DNA of 64,000 nt, taken from assembly GCA_016933455.1 (NCBI GenBank), contig JAFGAZ010000020.1, positions 119-64,118 of the forward strand. The letters run 5' to 3'. Below are positions 45,291-54,846 of this stretch, piece after piece. Both the position numbers and the translations under genes were made by a program. The DNA is from Candidatus Aenigmatarchaeota archaeon (GTDB lineage Archaea > Aenigmatarchaeota > Aenigmatarchaeia > Aenigmatarchaeales > Aenigmatarchaeaceae). The notes below the pieces were generated by a model. That model saw only the letters and a program-made list of their open reading frames with translations, did no database searches and had not been told where the DNA came from. Every line of letters begins with the position of its first letter. The first letter of the stretch is position 1.

Positions 45291-46470
45291 ATTAGCACAA
45301 TCAACTTCAAAATACGTCATTCATGCTAGATTTGACGCAGAGGGAACTGTTGAAAAACCCGATGTCATAGGCGCAGTATTCGGCCAGACTGAGGGTCTTT
45401 TGGGTCCTGACATGGACCTTAGGGAATTGCAAAAAACAGGAAGGATAGGAAGAATCGATGTCGAGCTTAAGACAACAAGCGGCAAGACATCAGGACTTAT
45501 CACCATACCGTCTTCTTTGGACAGCTCGGAAACCGCTCTGATAGCAGCTTCTGTTGAGACCATAGAAAGAGTCGGGCCTTGCAACGCCAAGATAATAATA
45601 GAGAAAATCGATGATGTTAGAATTTTCAAGAGAAAATACGTCATTGAAAGGGGAAAAGAGCTCTTAGAGAAGATGTTTGACGAGGGTGCGCCTGACACAG
45701 AGGTCATATCCGAGCAGATAAAGGAGGCCATACGCGGGGGCGAGATAGAGACCTACATGGGCCTTACAACAGGTCCTGACATTGAAAGCTATGATTCAAT
45801 AATTGTTGTTGAGGGCAGGGCTGACGTTGTCAACCTGCTAAAATGCGGCATAAGAAACGTTATAGCTATAGAGGGAACTTCTGTTCCGCCTGCCATAGCA
45901 GAGCTTTCCAAGGACAAGACAGTGACAGCTTTCCTTGACGGCGACCGTGGAGGGGACCTGATCCTAAAAGAATTGATGTCTGTTTGCGATGTTGATTTCG
46001 TTGCAAGGGCTCCAATGGGCAAGGAAGTTGAGGAGATAAGCAAGAAGCTGGTTTTCAAGGCGCTAAGAAGCAAGGTCCCTGTTGAAAAGCTTGGCAAGAC
46101 AAACTCAAAGTCTGAAAACTCCAAAAGAAACAGCAGAAGGCCAAGAGAGCCTTCGAAAAAGATGCAGCCTCCCAAGATAGACAAGCAAAAAGCCCTAGCT
46201 TTCAAGAAAGCAATAGACGATCTTGTAGGCACAAGGGCCGCCTGCTTTATGAACAGCAAGTCTGAGATTCTCGGCAGGGTTCCTGTCAAGGAGATGTTCT
46301 CGACAATGAGAAGCCTTGAGGCAGAGGCCCTAATCTTTGACGGCGACATTGACCAGAAGCTGATAAACCAGTGCGCAACCAACGGTGTAAAGTACATTGT
46401 TGGCATGAAGACCGGAAGAATTAGGCACACAGAGGGCGTAACCGTAATAACAATCGAAGACTTGAAATGA
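45283..46470 (+). CDS. dnaG: archaeal DnaG primase-like protein (Toprim)
   Basis: 395 aa with the archaeal DnaG N-terminal block YVIHARFDAEGTVEKPDVIGAVFGQTEGLLG, and Toprim motifs VVEGRADV and LDGDRGGD. Confidence 0.88.
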   Translation: MGKLAQSTSKYVIHARFDAEGTVEKPDVIGAVFGQTEGLLGPDMDLRELQKTGRIGRIDVELKTTSGKTSGLITIPSSLDSSETALIAASVETIERVGPCNAKIIIEKIDDVRIFKRKYVIERGKELLEKMFDEGAPDTEVISEQIKEAIRGGEIETYMGLTTGPDIESYDSIIVVEGRADVVNLLKCGIRNVIAIEGTSVPPAIAELSKDKTVTAFLDGDRGGDLILKELMSVCDVDFVARAPMGKEVEEISKKLVFKALRSKVPVEKLGKTNSKSENSKRNSRRPREPSKKMQPPKIDKQKALAFKKAIDDLVGTRAACFMNSKSEILGRVPVKEMFSTMRSLEAEALIFDGDIDQKLINQCATNGVKYIVGMKTGRIRHTEGVTVITIEDLK

Positions 46471-46479
46471 TATTTCCAA

Positions 46480-46500
46480 GGAGAATTTTTTCTTTTCTCC
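46480..46500. terminator. hairpin GGAGAA-N9-TTCTCC between convergent dnaG and pepF
   Basis: Read directly from the sequence, with a T-rich loop and flank. A role as a bidirectional terminator is inferred only. Confidence 0.3.
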
Positions 46501-48303
46501 TTATTTTTCAATTATTTCTTCAAGCATACTTACAAACCTTTCAAACTGCTTCATGCCGTTCTCCCAAAACTCCTGCTTTGAAACATCGAATCCGAATATC
46601 TTGCCGATTTCCAAGGGCGACATGCTGCTTCCAGCTGAAAGGGCTTTTTTGAATTTTGGTATGAAACCTTCCTTATCCTCAAGATATTTCTGATAAAGGC
46701 TGTACACGAAAAGCTTGGCATAGACGTAGGGATAGTTGTAGAACCTGTAGTTGGCCATAAAGTAATGCGGTTTCATTGCCCACTCCGACTCCATCTCAGG
46801 TAGCCATTCAACAGAGTCGCCGTATATTCTGTCCCTTGCAGCTGTCCAGAGTTCGCAAATGGTATTGTAATCAAGATATTTTCCCTCATCTATTGCTTTG
46901 TATAGGCTTTGCTCAAACCAAACCCTTGCAGATACCTGGAAAGCCGTCATGCCGTCGTTGTCAAGAACAGAGCATAGTATGTCTCTTTTTTCCTTGTCTG
47001 TTTTGGCTTCTTTTAGAAGTATGTCTGTTAGCAGCAGTTCTCCGAAAATGGATGCGGTCTCCGCAACAACAGAAGCAACGTTCGTGTTCATGATTGTCTG
47101 GTTTGTTGTTGAATAGTATGTGTGCGTCGAATGCCCAAGCTCGTGCGCAAGCGTGAAAACATCCTTTATTGTTCCAGTGAACGACTGCAAAACAAAAGAG
47201 CTTTTGCCGTTGTACCAATAGTAGCAGAATGCGCCGTTCTTTTTGCCGAATCTAGGCTCGGCATCGATCCTGTTTTTATTGAAAACGTCCTTTAGCGCCT
47301 TGACATAATCAGCATCAAAGTCCTCGTAAGCCTTTGTTACAAGAGCTTTTGCCTCATCAAAAGTATAGTCCTTGTTTTCCGAGTCTGGCAAAGGTGCCAC
47401 AATGTCGTGATTGCCCAGCTTTTCAAGGCCCATTATTTTTGATTTCAATATGAGATATTTCTGGTATAGCTTTGTGCTATTTTCAACAACATCCATCATG
47501 CTATCTATTGTTTTCTTGTCAGTGTCGTTTGCAACAAGGCTTGCTTCCATTGCAGAATTGTAATTTCTTCTTTTTGATACAGAAAGCCAGTCATTGCATA
47601 TGTTTCGAAGAGCTGAAGAGAAAATTTCCCCGTCTTCTTTCAACTTGCCGTATATTGACCTGTTTGCCGACTCTCGTGTCTTCCTGTCAATGTGGATCAA
47701 CAAGCCGTCCGCATCGCCATAGTTTAGCGTTTTTCTCTCACCCAAAACATCTACATCAAACATGCGAGTGTTTAGCCATTTGCCTTGCAATTCGGACCAT
47801 GCGCAAACACCGAAAAGGTCCTTTTCAATTATTAGCTTTTCCTCCTTTTCCGAAAGTATGTGCTTTGCCGACCTTTCAACGCATTCCAGCCTGTGCTTGT
47901 AGTTTGAAAGAGATTTGTCGTTTATTATTTCGGGTCTTTCCAAGACAAGTTTGGCAAGCTCTATGGAAAAGAAGCTAAGCCTCTTTTCTATTTCTGAATT
48001 GATTTTAGATGTCTTGTCGTACAATGCCTGGTTTTTTGGCAACGACATGTTGGCTGTGAATGACAAATAAGCATACATCAACATGTCATCCAAATTTGAC
48101 TCGAATGATTCTAGCGTCTTTATGCATTCCAAAATGCCGTCAGAAGATAATGATGTTATTTTTCCTTTGTATTTGCTTTCAAAGTCTTCCACCAAGGCCC
48201 GTATTTCCTTTATTTTGTTTTCAATTGTTTTATCGTCCATGCTTGGAAATAATTGGGATAGGTCCCATGTCACATCTGTTTTAGGCATTAGAATAATACA
48301 CAT
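46501..48303 (-). CDS. pepF: oligoendopeptidase F (M3B family)
   Basis: 600 aa with the zinc motif HELGHSTH and typical PepF length. ATG 48288 (MPKTDV) is an alternative start. Confidence 0.85.
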   Translation of the reverse strand: MCIILMPKTDVTWDLSQLFPSMDDKTIENKIKEIRALVEDFESKYKGKITSLSSDGILECIKTLESFESNLDDMLMYAYLSFTANMSLPKNQALYDKTSKINSEIEKRLSFFSIELAKLVLERPEIINDKSLSNYKHRLECVERSAKHILSEKEEKLIIEKDLFGVCAWSELQGKWLNTRMFDVDVLGERKTLNYGDADGLLIHIDRKTRESANRSIYGKLKEDGEIFSSALRNICNDWLSVSKRRNYNSAMEASLVANDTDKKTIDSMMDVVENSTKLYQKYLILKSKIMGLEKLGNHDIVAPLPDSENKDYTFDEAKALVTKAYEDFDADYVKALKDVFNKNRIDAEPRFGKKNGAFCYYWYNGKSSFVLQSFTGTIKDVFTLAHELGHSTHTYYSTTNQTIMNTNVASVVAETASIFGELLLTDILLKEAKTDKEKRDILCSVLDNDGMTAFQVSARVWFEQSLYKAIDEGKYLDYNTICELWTAARDRIYGDSVEWLPEMESEWAMKPHYFMANYRFYNYPYVYAKLFVYSLYQKYLEDKEGFIPKFKKALSAGSSMSPLEIGKIFGFDVSKQEFWENGMKQFERFVSMLEEIIEK

Positions 48304-48374
48304 CCTAAATATATTATTTTTAATTTAATGCAAAAAGCCGCAAAAGCTTAATAATGAAGCATAGAAAATAACAT

Positions 48375-49901
48375 ATGATAGTTATGAAAAGCCTTCCTCT
48401 TTCCTACAAGAAACTTCTTGAGAAGAACAAAAAGCTAACGCTTCTGGGTTCTGTCCAAGGCACCATGTCTTGGGACATGGAAACCATGATGCCTCCAAGG
48501 GCGGTCGGTCTAAGAAGCGAGCAGATGGCTCTTCTAAGCAGCATTTTTCACAAGAGCGCCACATCCCCGGAAATAGGCAGTCTGCTTGCAGAAGTTATGA
48601 AGAAAGGCAATTTCGATATGCTAGGTCAAATAGAGAAGAGGAATGTTGAGCTAATCAAGAAAAGCTATGACGAAAGGACAAAGATACCAACAGAGCTTGT
48701 GGAAAAGATTGCAAAGCAGCGTGCAGTTTCAGTGAACGTATGGAAGAAGGCAAAAAAGAAGCAGGACTATTCCATGTTCAGGCCCGAGCTTGAAAAGAAT
48801 ATAGATTTGTCAAAAAAGCTGGCCGAAATTCTGATGAAGGTAAAGGATGCAAAGAGCCTATATGATGCTCTTCTTGATGACTATGAGCCCAAGATTACAA
48901 CAGACGCTATAGCAAAAATATTTTCCAAGCTTCAAAACGAGCTTAGAGTCATAATTTCCAAATGTGAAAATTCAGGAATACAAGTAGAGGAAATAAAAAA
49001 GAGTGCAAGCATAGATGCGCAGAAAAAAATAGCAGGGATGCTTGCAGAGTTTGCAGGCTACGACATAACTTCTGATAATGCCGGCGGAAGAATAGACGAG
49101 ACAGAGCACCCCTTTACACAGGGGTATTTTGACGATGTCAGGATAACAACGCATTATTATGAGAACAATATTTTCTCATCAATATTTTCAACGCTTCATG
49201 AGATGGGGCATGCCATATACGAGCAAAACATTGACCAGAAATTAAAATACCAGCCTGTTGGCTCTGCCTGCTCATACGGCATACATGAGTCACAGTCTAG
49301 ATTTTTGGAAAACATGGTGGGACGCTCAAAAGAGTTCTGGACATTTTTCCTACCGAATATCAATAGTGTGACATGTCTTGATTTGGACATGGAAAAGCTC
49401 CTTCTCTATGTAAACAGGGTAAGACCTTCCAAGATAAGAATAGAGGCAGACGAGGTGACATACGGGCTTCACATAATAACGCGCTTTGAAATTGAAAGGG
49501 ACATGTTTTCTGGAAAGTTGGATGCATGCGATCTTCCAAATGTCTGGAATTCGAAATACAAAGAATATCTTGGCCTTGAAATAAAGAACGACTCCGAGGG
49601 CGTTATGCAGGACATGCATTGGGCAAGTAACCTGTTCGGCTACTTTCCAAGTTACGCTCTGGGTAACATCTATGGAGGACAAATGCTTGGAGCAATGAAC
49701 AAGAAATTTCCGAATTGGAAGGAAGATTTGTCTAAAGGCGACCTTACAAAGGAAAGAATCTGGATAAAGAAGAACATTTATGACAACTGCAAGATATACG
49801 ACCCAGCTGATTTGATAAAGAAAATAACAGGAAAGCCTGTTTCAGTTGAGCCGTTTGTCAATTATCTCAAGAAAAAGTTCGGAGCCATCTACGGTTTCTA
49901 A
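48375..49901 (+). CDS. carboxypeptidase Taq-type metallocarboxypeptidase (M32)
   Basis: 508 aa with HEMGHAIYE, HESQSRFLEN, DMHW and GYFPSYALG. Confidence 0.88.
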   Translation: MIVMKSLPLSYKKLLEKNKKLTLLGSVQGTMSWDMETMMPPRAVGLRSEQMALLSSIFHKSATSPEIGSLLAEVMKKGNFDMLGQIEKRNVELIKKSYDERTKIPTELVEKIAKQRAVSVNVWKKAKKKQDYSMFRPELEKNIDLSKKLAEILMKVKDAKSLYDALLDDYEPKITTDAIAKIFSKLQNELRVIISKCENSGIQVEEIKKSASIDAQKKIAGMLAEFAGYDITSDNAGGRIDETEHPFTQGYFDDVRITTHYYENNIFSSIFSTLHEMGHAIYEQNIDQKLKYQPVGSACSYGIHESQSRFLENMVGRSKEFWTFFLPNINSVTCLDLDMEKLLLYVNRVRPSKIRIEADEVTYGLHIITRFEIERDMFSGKLDACDLPNVWNSKYKEYLGLEIKNDSEGVMQDMHWASNLFGYFPSYALGNIYGGQMLGAMNKKFPNWKEDLSKGDLTKERIWIKKNIYDNCKIYDPADLIKKITGKPVSVEPFVNYLKKKFGAIYGF

Positions 49902-49905
49902 AAAG

Positions 49906-50856
49906 ATGATTTATATGGAACTAGATAAAATACTGCAGCGAACATTCGGTATAAAACGAAAAGAGCGTGTTCTGATAGTAACTGATAGACGAAAGAAAGC
50001 AGTTGCCGAGAAATTCTTCAGGGCATCAAAGAAACTTTCAGACAATGTTGACATAATAGTAAAGCCAGTTGCCAAGCAGTCTGCAGAAGAGCCCCCCAAA
50101 TATGTTGCCAAAGAGATGAAAAAATCCGACGTTATAATGGTTATACAATCAGTTTCTTCCATGAGCCATACAAAAGCAAGAAGAGAAGCTAGCAAAGCCG
50201 GGGCAAGGATAGCAACAATGCCGGAGTTCAATCAAAGGTTAATGAAAGCATTGGAAGCTGATCCTGTCAAGATGTCCAAAGTCGGCGAGAAGATAAGGAA
50301 GATTTTCAAGAGAACCGACATGGTAAGAATAAAAACCAAAAGCGGGACTGATGTTACATTCTCAATAAAGAAAAGGTTGATAGATGTCGATGAGGGCCTG
50401 TATAACAAGCCGGGAAAAATAGGGAATTTTGGCAACCTTCCTGCGGGAGAGGTGTGTCTGGCTCCTGTCGAGGGAACTGCCAATGGAATTGTTGTCATAG
50501 ATTCTTTGAAGGATTTGAAAACAGTCTATGCTAAACCGAAAACAAAGGTTGTGGTAAGAAACGGGAAAGCAGTTGACATTTCTGATAATAGATGCAAGCT
50601 GGGCAGGATATTCAAGACAGTTAGAAACGCAACCAACATTGCCGAGTTTGGAATAGGCATAAATCCGAAGGCAAAGGTTATAGGCCAGATACTTCAGGAC
50701 GAGAAGGCAAAAGGAACGTGCCACATTGCCTTTGGAAACAACAAATCATTCGGCGGTAGTGTCCAGTCAAAGATACATTTGGATGCTATTCTTTTCAAAC
50801 CAAATATTTGGTTTGACGGGAAAGTTTTCATGAAGAATGGAAAAATAATTTTCTAG
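49906..50856 (+). CDS. aminopeptidase, M29 (AmpS/PepS) family
   Basis: The track ORF starts at 49846, inside the previous gene. I prefer ATG 49906 (MIYMELDKIL). Blocks GNLPAGEVCLAPVEG, EFGIGINP and GTCHIAFG are present. Confidence 0.75.
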   Translation: MIYMELDKILQRTFGIKRKERVLIVTDRRKKAVAEKFFRASKKLSDNVDIIVKPVAKQSAEEPPKYVAKEMKKSDVIMVIQSVSSMSHTKARREASKAGARIATMPEFNQRLMKALEADPVKMSKVGEKIRKIFKRTDMVRIKTKSGTDVTFSIKKRLIDVDEGLYNKPGKIGNFGNLPAGEVCLAPVEGTANGIVVIDSLKDLKTVYAKPKTKVVVRNGKAVDISDNRCKLGRIFKTVRNATNIAEFGIGINPKAKVIGQILQDEKAKGTCHIAFGNNKSFGGSVQSKIHLDAILFKPNIWFDGKVFMKNGKIIF

Positions 50857-50871
50857 GTTGATATCTTGGGT

Positions 50872-51591
50872 ATGATCAAAACAAAAAAAGAGATAAAAAG
50901 TTTGATAAAATCTGCAAAGATAACTGATTCCTGTATTAGGGTTATAGAAAAATCACTTGAAGAAAATATAACTGAAATTGAACTGAGAAGAAGAATAGGA
51001 AGAAACATAAGAAAACAAGGGGCTTCACTTTCTTTCAATACATTAGTTGCTACGGGAAAAAGGTCCGCCATGATACACTGCGACCCAAGAGCCACAAAAA
51101 GATTGATTTCCGGTATAGGGTATGTTGATTTTGGCGCTAGATACAAAGGCTACTGTACAGACATAACAGTGCCGTTCATCAAAGGAAATATAACCAAGAA
51201 GCAGAAGAGAATAGTTGACACGGAACTTGCAGCATACAAGCTTGCCATAAATTCCTTAAAATTAAACCAGCATTGTTGGAAGCTTTTTGATAAAGTGGAC
51301 AAATACCTGAGGAAAAAAGGTTATAGTTTGGATCATGGTCTTGGTCATGGTACGGGAAAGAAGATACATGAGCAGCCGTTCATAGTAATACCTAAAAAAG
51401 AAAAGTTGAAAAGAAAGAAAAAGAGAAATTGGGATGTCATAAAGAAACTAAGATTCCAAGAAGGCATGTTCTTTTCAATAGAGCCAGGCGTTTATGTGAA
51501 AGGTGTTGGCGGCTGCAGGCTTGAGAATGATGTTTTGATGACAAGAAAAGGCCCGAAAGTAATAACACATTCAAGATTGTTGATAGTTTAG
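50872..51591 (+). CDS. M24-family peptidase (Xaa-Pro/methionine aminopeptidase fold, catalytic domain only)
   Basis: The track starts at TTG 50866. I prefer ATG 50872. Pita-bread metal ligand blocks are present: DFGARYKGYCTDIT, HGLGHGTG, FSIEPGVY and RLEND. Confidence 0.75.
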   Translation: MIKTKKEIKSLIKSAKITDSCIRVIEKSLEENITEIELRRRIGRNIRKQGASLSFNTLVATGKRSAMIHCDPRATKRLISGIGYVDFGARYKGYCTDITVPFIKGNITKKQKRIVDTELAAYKLAINSLKLNQHCWKLFDKVDKYLRKKGYSLDHGLGHGTGKKIHEQPFIVIPKKEKLKRKKKRNWDVIKKLRFQEGMFFSIEPGVYVKGVGGCRLENDVLMTRKGPKVITHSRLLIV

Positions 51592-52277
51592 ACGCCCCGT
51601 ATTTCGCATTTCTCAAAATAAGGTTTCATTAATTTTTGGAAGCTTTCAAGCTCTTCCTTGGTAAAGGATTTCTTGTTCTCAAAAGTTTTGTCAAACGTCT
51701 TTATTCCCCTGAAATTTTGGATAAAAAATTTCTTAGAACCCTTTAACCACTCACTGATTTTTCTAGCATCCTCCTTTGTGAAAATACCCGGTACTGCAGT
51801 TGTCCTGAACTCGTGCTCTGGAAAATTTTTGATAACATTCACACTTTCCAATATCTTGTCCTTGTCAACTTTAACACATGATGCAATATCATAGGAATCA
51901 ATGGGCGCCTTGATGTCCATTGCAATATAGTCTATAAGATTTTTTTCTACCAAACTTTTTATCATGTCAGGATTGCTTCCGTTTGTATCAAGTTTGACAT
52001 CAAACCCAAGTTCTTTTATCTTGTAAATGAATTCAGGTAGGTCCTTGTTTATTGTGGGCTCGCCGCCTGTTATACACACACCGTCCAAAAACCCCTTTCT
52101 TTCCTCTAGAAATTTCAAGATTTCTTCTTGTTGTATTTCAGGTCTTCCATCTTCTGTTAAAAGTTCTGGATTATGGCAGTAGCCGCACCTAAAGTTGCAG
52201 CCGAAAAGAAAAATGGTGCAGGCAAGCTTGCCTGGATAATCCAATACAGTTTGCTTCTCAAGACCCTTAATTATCAT
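51588..52277 (-). CDS. nrdG: anaerobic ribonucleotide reductase activating protein (radical SAM)
   Basis: The track ORF extends to 52349, inside nrdD. I prefer the start MIIKGLEK at 52277, which overlaps the nrdD stop as ATGA. The cluster motif is FGCNFRCGYCHN. Confidence 0.85.
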   Translation of the reverse strand: MIIKGLEKQTVLDYPGKLACTIFLFGCNFRCGYCHNPELLTEDGRPEIQQEEILKFLEERKGFLDGVCITGGEPTINKDLPEFIYKIKELGFDVKLDTNGSNPDMIKSLVEKNLIDYIAMDIKAPIDSYDIASCVKVDKDKILESVNVIKNFPEHEFRTTAVPGIFTKEDARKISEWLKGSKKFFIQNFRGIKTFDKTFENKKSFTKEELESFQKLMKPYFEKCEIRGV

Positions 52278-54349
52278 GCCAATCTCTTGATCATGGGTGC
52301 CTTGTATGTTACCCTTTGCCTGTATTCTTCTGACTTGCCCTGGTTCCATGTATTAATCGGACGTATGTATCCGACAACCCTGGAATATACCTGCGTTCTT
52401 GCATGGCATGTCGGGCACTTGGGTCTTTCTCCTCTGATGTAGCCGTGCACAGGACAAACAGAGAACGTGGGCGTTATGGTAAAGTATGGTACTGCAAAGC
52501 CTGATGCGATCTTCTTTACCAGCTGCCTTACCTCTTCTCCGCCGTTTGGCGATTCCCCAAGGAAGGTGTGGAACACTGTCCCTCCCGTATACTTTCTTTG
52601 CAGTCCCTCTTGGTGCGTCAGTGCCTCGAAAACATCTGCAGTGTGGTCAACTGGCAATTGCGTTGAGTTGGTATAGTACGGAACCCTTTCGCCGTATGTC
52701 TTGATTCCAGGCATTTGCTTTTTGTCAATTCTTGCCAGCCTAAACGATGTCCCCTCTCCTGGCGTGGCTTCCAGATTGTAAATGTGGCCTGTTTCTTCCT
52801 GGTATTCTGCTATCTTCTTTCTCATAAATTCAAGGACCTTTAATGAAAAGTCCTTGCCGTCAGGTGTTGCTATGCCCTGACCCAGGAAATTAAGGCACGA
52901 CTCGTTCATGCCTATAAGCCCTATTGTGGAAAAGTGGTGGTCCAAGTTGCCAAGGTACCTCTTGGAATACGGTAGCATGCCCATTCCCATCATCCTCTCA
53001 ACAACCTTTCTTTTCAGCTCCAAAGAGTTCTTGGCAAGATACATCAGTCTGTCAAGCTTTTCAAAGTACTGCGACTCCTCCCTTGAGGTATAGCCGATTC
53101 TTGGCATGTTTATTGTAACAACTCCAAGGCTGCCTGTGGATTCGCCAAAACCGAAAAGGCCCCCTGTCTTGTGCCTAAGGTCCCTTAGGTCAAGCTGCAG
53201 CCTGCAGCACATTGCCCTAACGTCAGTGGGCTTGAGATCGCTCTTGATAAAGTTTTGGAAATATGGCAGCCCGTACTTTGCAGTCATCTTAAACAAGGAA
53301 TCGAGGTTCTCGTTGTTCCAGTCCAGATCCTTTGTGATATTGTAAGTCGGTATGGGCCATGTGAACACCTGTCCTGTCTGGTCCCCCTTTGTCATGACTT
53401 CTATAAAGGCCTTGTTTATGACATCCATTTCCTTTTGATAGTCGGCATAAGTGTCGTTTGTCACCTTGCCCCCTATGATTACAGGATTGTCTTTCAGATC
53501 CTCAGGCACTGTCCAGTCAAGCGTTATGTTCGAGAAAGGCGTCTGCCCTCCCCATCTCGATGTCACGTTCATGCCGTAGATGTACTCTTGCATGCACTGC
53601 TTTACCTGGTCATATGAAAGATTGTCCGCCCGAACAAAGGGTGCAAGATAAGTATCGAATGAGGAAAACGCCTGCGCTCCTGCCCACTCGTTTTGCAGAA
53701 CACCGATAAAGTTAACCATCTGGGCAACAGCCGATCTTAGGTGCTTTGCCGGGGCGCAGTGTACCTTTCCCGGCACTCCGTTAAAGCCTTCCATTAATAG
53801 CTGCCTTAGGCTCCAGCCTGCGCAGTAGCCGCAAAGGCTCATTGAAAGATTATGCAAGTGGAAATCCCCGTTGCTATGAGCTGTTGTTATCTCCTTTGGA
53901 TAGACGTTGTTTAGAGCATAGTATGCAATCACAGTTCCTATGCCGTGCCACATAAGGCCTGAATATGAAAAACCTATATTGGCATTCTCCTTTATCCTCC
54001 ACTCGTTCTCGGAAATGTAGTTGTCAATAACATCGCTAACATCCAAAAGAACGCCCTTGACATCCCTTAGTTTCTTGTGCTCTTCCCTGTAGAGTATGAA
54101 AGCCTTTGAAGTCCTATAATGGCCCCCCTCTACAAGCACCTTTTCAACAGCGTCCTGCACATCCTCGACTGTTGGGAACTTTTCAGTGAACTTTTCCTCA
54201 AGAATTTCGCAAACATTCTCGGCAAGCTCCTTTGACATCTCCTGGTTCGTGCCTCCCACTGCCTGGGCAGCTTTCCATATGGCGTTTGCAACCTTTTCCT
54301 TTTCAAAAGGAACTACCATGCCGTTTCTTTTCCTAACCAATTTAACCAT
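52274..54349 (-). CDS. nrdD: class III anaerobic ribonucleoside-triphosphate reductase
   Basis: 691 aa. There is an N-terminal ATP-cone (VRKRNGMVVPFEKEKV). The C-terminal Zn site is CPVHGY...CPTCH, and the glycyl-radical motif is SRVVGYIRP. Confidence 0.9.
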   Translation of the reverse strand: MVKLVRKRNGMVVPFEKEKVANAIWKAAQAVGGTNQEMSKELAENVCEILEEKFTEKFPTVEDVQDAVEKVLVEGGHYRTSKAFILYREEHKKLRDVKGVLLDVSDVIDNYISENEWRIKENANIGFSYSGLMWHGIGTVIAYYALNNVYPKEITTAHSNGDFHLHNLSMSLCGYCAGWSLRQLLMEGFNGVPGKVHCAPAKHLRSAVAQMVNFIGVLQNEWAGAQAFSSFDTYLAPFVRADNLSYDQVKQCMQEYIYGMNVTSRWGGQTPFSNITLDWTVPEDLKDNPVIIGGKVTNDTYADYQKEMDVINKAFIEVMTKGDQTGQVFTWPIPTYNITKDLDWNNENLDSLFKMTAKYGLPYFQNFIKSDLKPTDVRAMCCRLQLDLRDLRHKTGGLFGFGESTGSLGVVTINMPRIGYTSREESQYFEKLDRLMYLAKNSLELKRKVVERMMGMGMLPYSKRYLGNLDHHFSTIGLIGMNESCLNFLGQGIATPDGKDFSLKVLEFMRKKIAEYQEETGHIYNLEATPGEGTSFRLARIDKKQMPGIKTYGERVPYYTNSTQLPVDHTADVFEALTHQEGLQRKYTGGTVFHTFLGESPNGGEEVRQLVKKIASGFAVPYFTITPTFSVCPVHGYIRGERPKCPTCHARTQVYSRVVGYIRPINTWNQGKSEEYRQRVTYKAPMIKRLA

Positions 54350-54355
54350 TAAAAA

Positions 54356-54790
54356 TCACCTCAATGCTTTTTTGAAAGTCTTGACGTCCTTGAAATCCTT
54401 GAAATGCGACATGAATCTCACGTATGCGACCTTGTCTAGCTTCTTTAGCTTCTCTGTCACAATGTCGCCTATTATCTGGCTTTTTACCTGCATGCAGTTC
54501 ATGCCCTTTATTTCCATCTCGATTTCCTGGAGCAGCTTTTCTATCTTTTTTTCGTTCACTGGCCTTCCTTTGAGGGCTTGCACAATGCCGTTTTTTATCT
54601 TGTCTCGGTTGAAGTTTTCCCTGCTCTTGTTGCGTTTTATCACAATCAGGGGCGTTTTGACGATTTCGTATGTTGTGAAGCGGTTCTTGCACTCCAAACA
54701 CTCCCTTCTGCGCCTGATTGCCCCGTTCTCTCCAGTATCCCTCTTGTCTACTACCATTGATTTGGATGAACTGCAGTAAGGACAAAACAT
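54356..54790 (-). CDS. nrdR: NrdR transcriptional repressor (zinc ribbon plus ATP-cone)
   Basis: I prefer the start MFCPYCSS at 54790. The zinc ribbon is CPYC...CLEC within VVDKRDTGENGAIRRRRECLECKNRFTTYE. An ATP-cone follows. Confidence 0.85.
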   Translation of the reverse strand: MFCPYCSSSKSMVVDKRDTGENGAIRRRRECLECKNRFTTYEIVKTPLIVIKRNKSRENFNRDKIKNGIVQALKGRPVNEKKIEKLLQEIEMEIKGMNCMQVKSQIIGDIVTEKLKKLDKVAYVRFMSHFKDFKDVKTFKKALR

Positions 54791-54798
54791 ATGAAAAA

Positions 54799-54814
54799 CC
54801 ACAACATCTTGTGT
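54799..54814. promoter_or_regulatory. NrdR-box-like 16-mer CCACAACATCTTGTGT
   Basis: The palindrome CACAA-N4-TTGTG lies 9 nt upstream of the nrdR start. It matches 13 of 16 positions of the bacterial NrdR-box consensus as I recall it (ACACAATATATTGTGT). Confidence 0.5.
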
Positions 54815-54830
54815 GCTTCTAGATTTTTGA

Positions 54831-54846
54831 CCACAATTTCTGGCCG
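54831..54846. promoter_or_regulatory. weak second NrdR half-box (CCACAATTTCTGGCCG)
   Basis: It shares the CCACAA half-site exactly 32 nt from the first box, the roughly three-turn spacing known for tandem NrdR boxes. The right half is poorly palindromic. Confidence 0.3.

Noticed and set aside
45789-46511. 240-aa minus-strand ORF inside dnaG
   Set aside because: It is antisense to a confidently identified archaeal DnaG. The translation is hydrophobic and Ser-rich with no recognisable family, so it is a typical shadow ORF.
54186-54785. 197-aa plus-strand and 147-aa minus-strand alternative-frame ORFs over nrdR and the nrdD start
   Set aside because: The NrdR frame carries the zinc ribbon and ATP-cone motifs. 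The alternatives are Arg/Gln/Lys- or Ser/Phe-rich frame artefacts.
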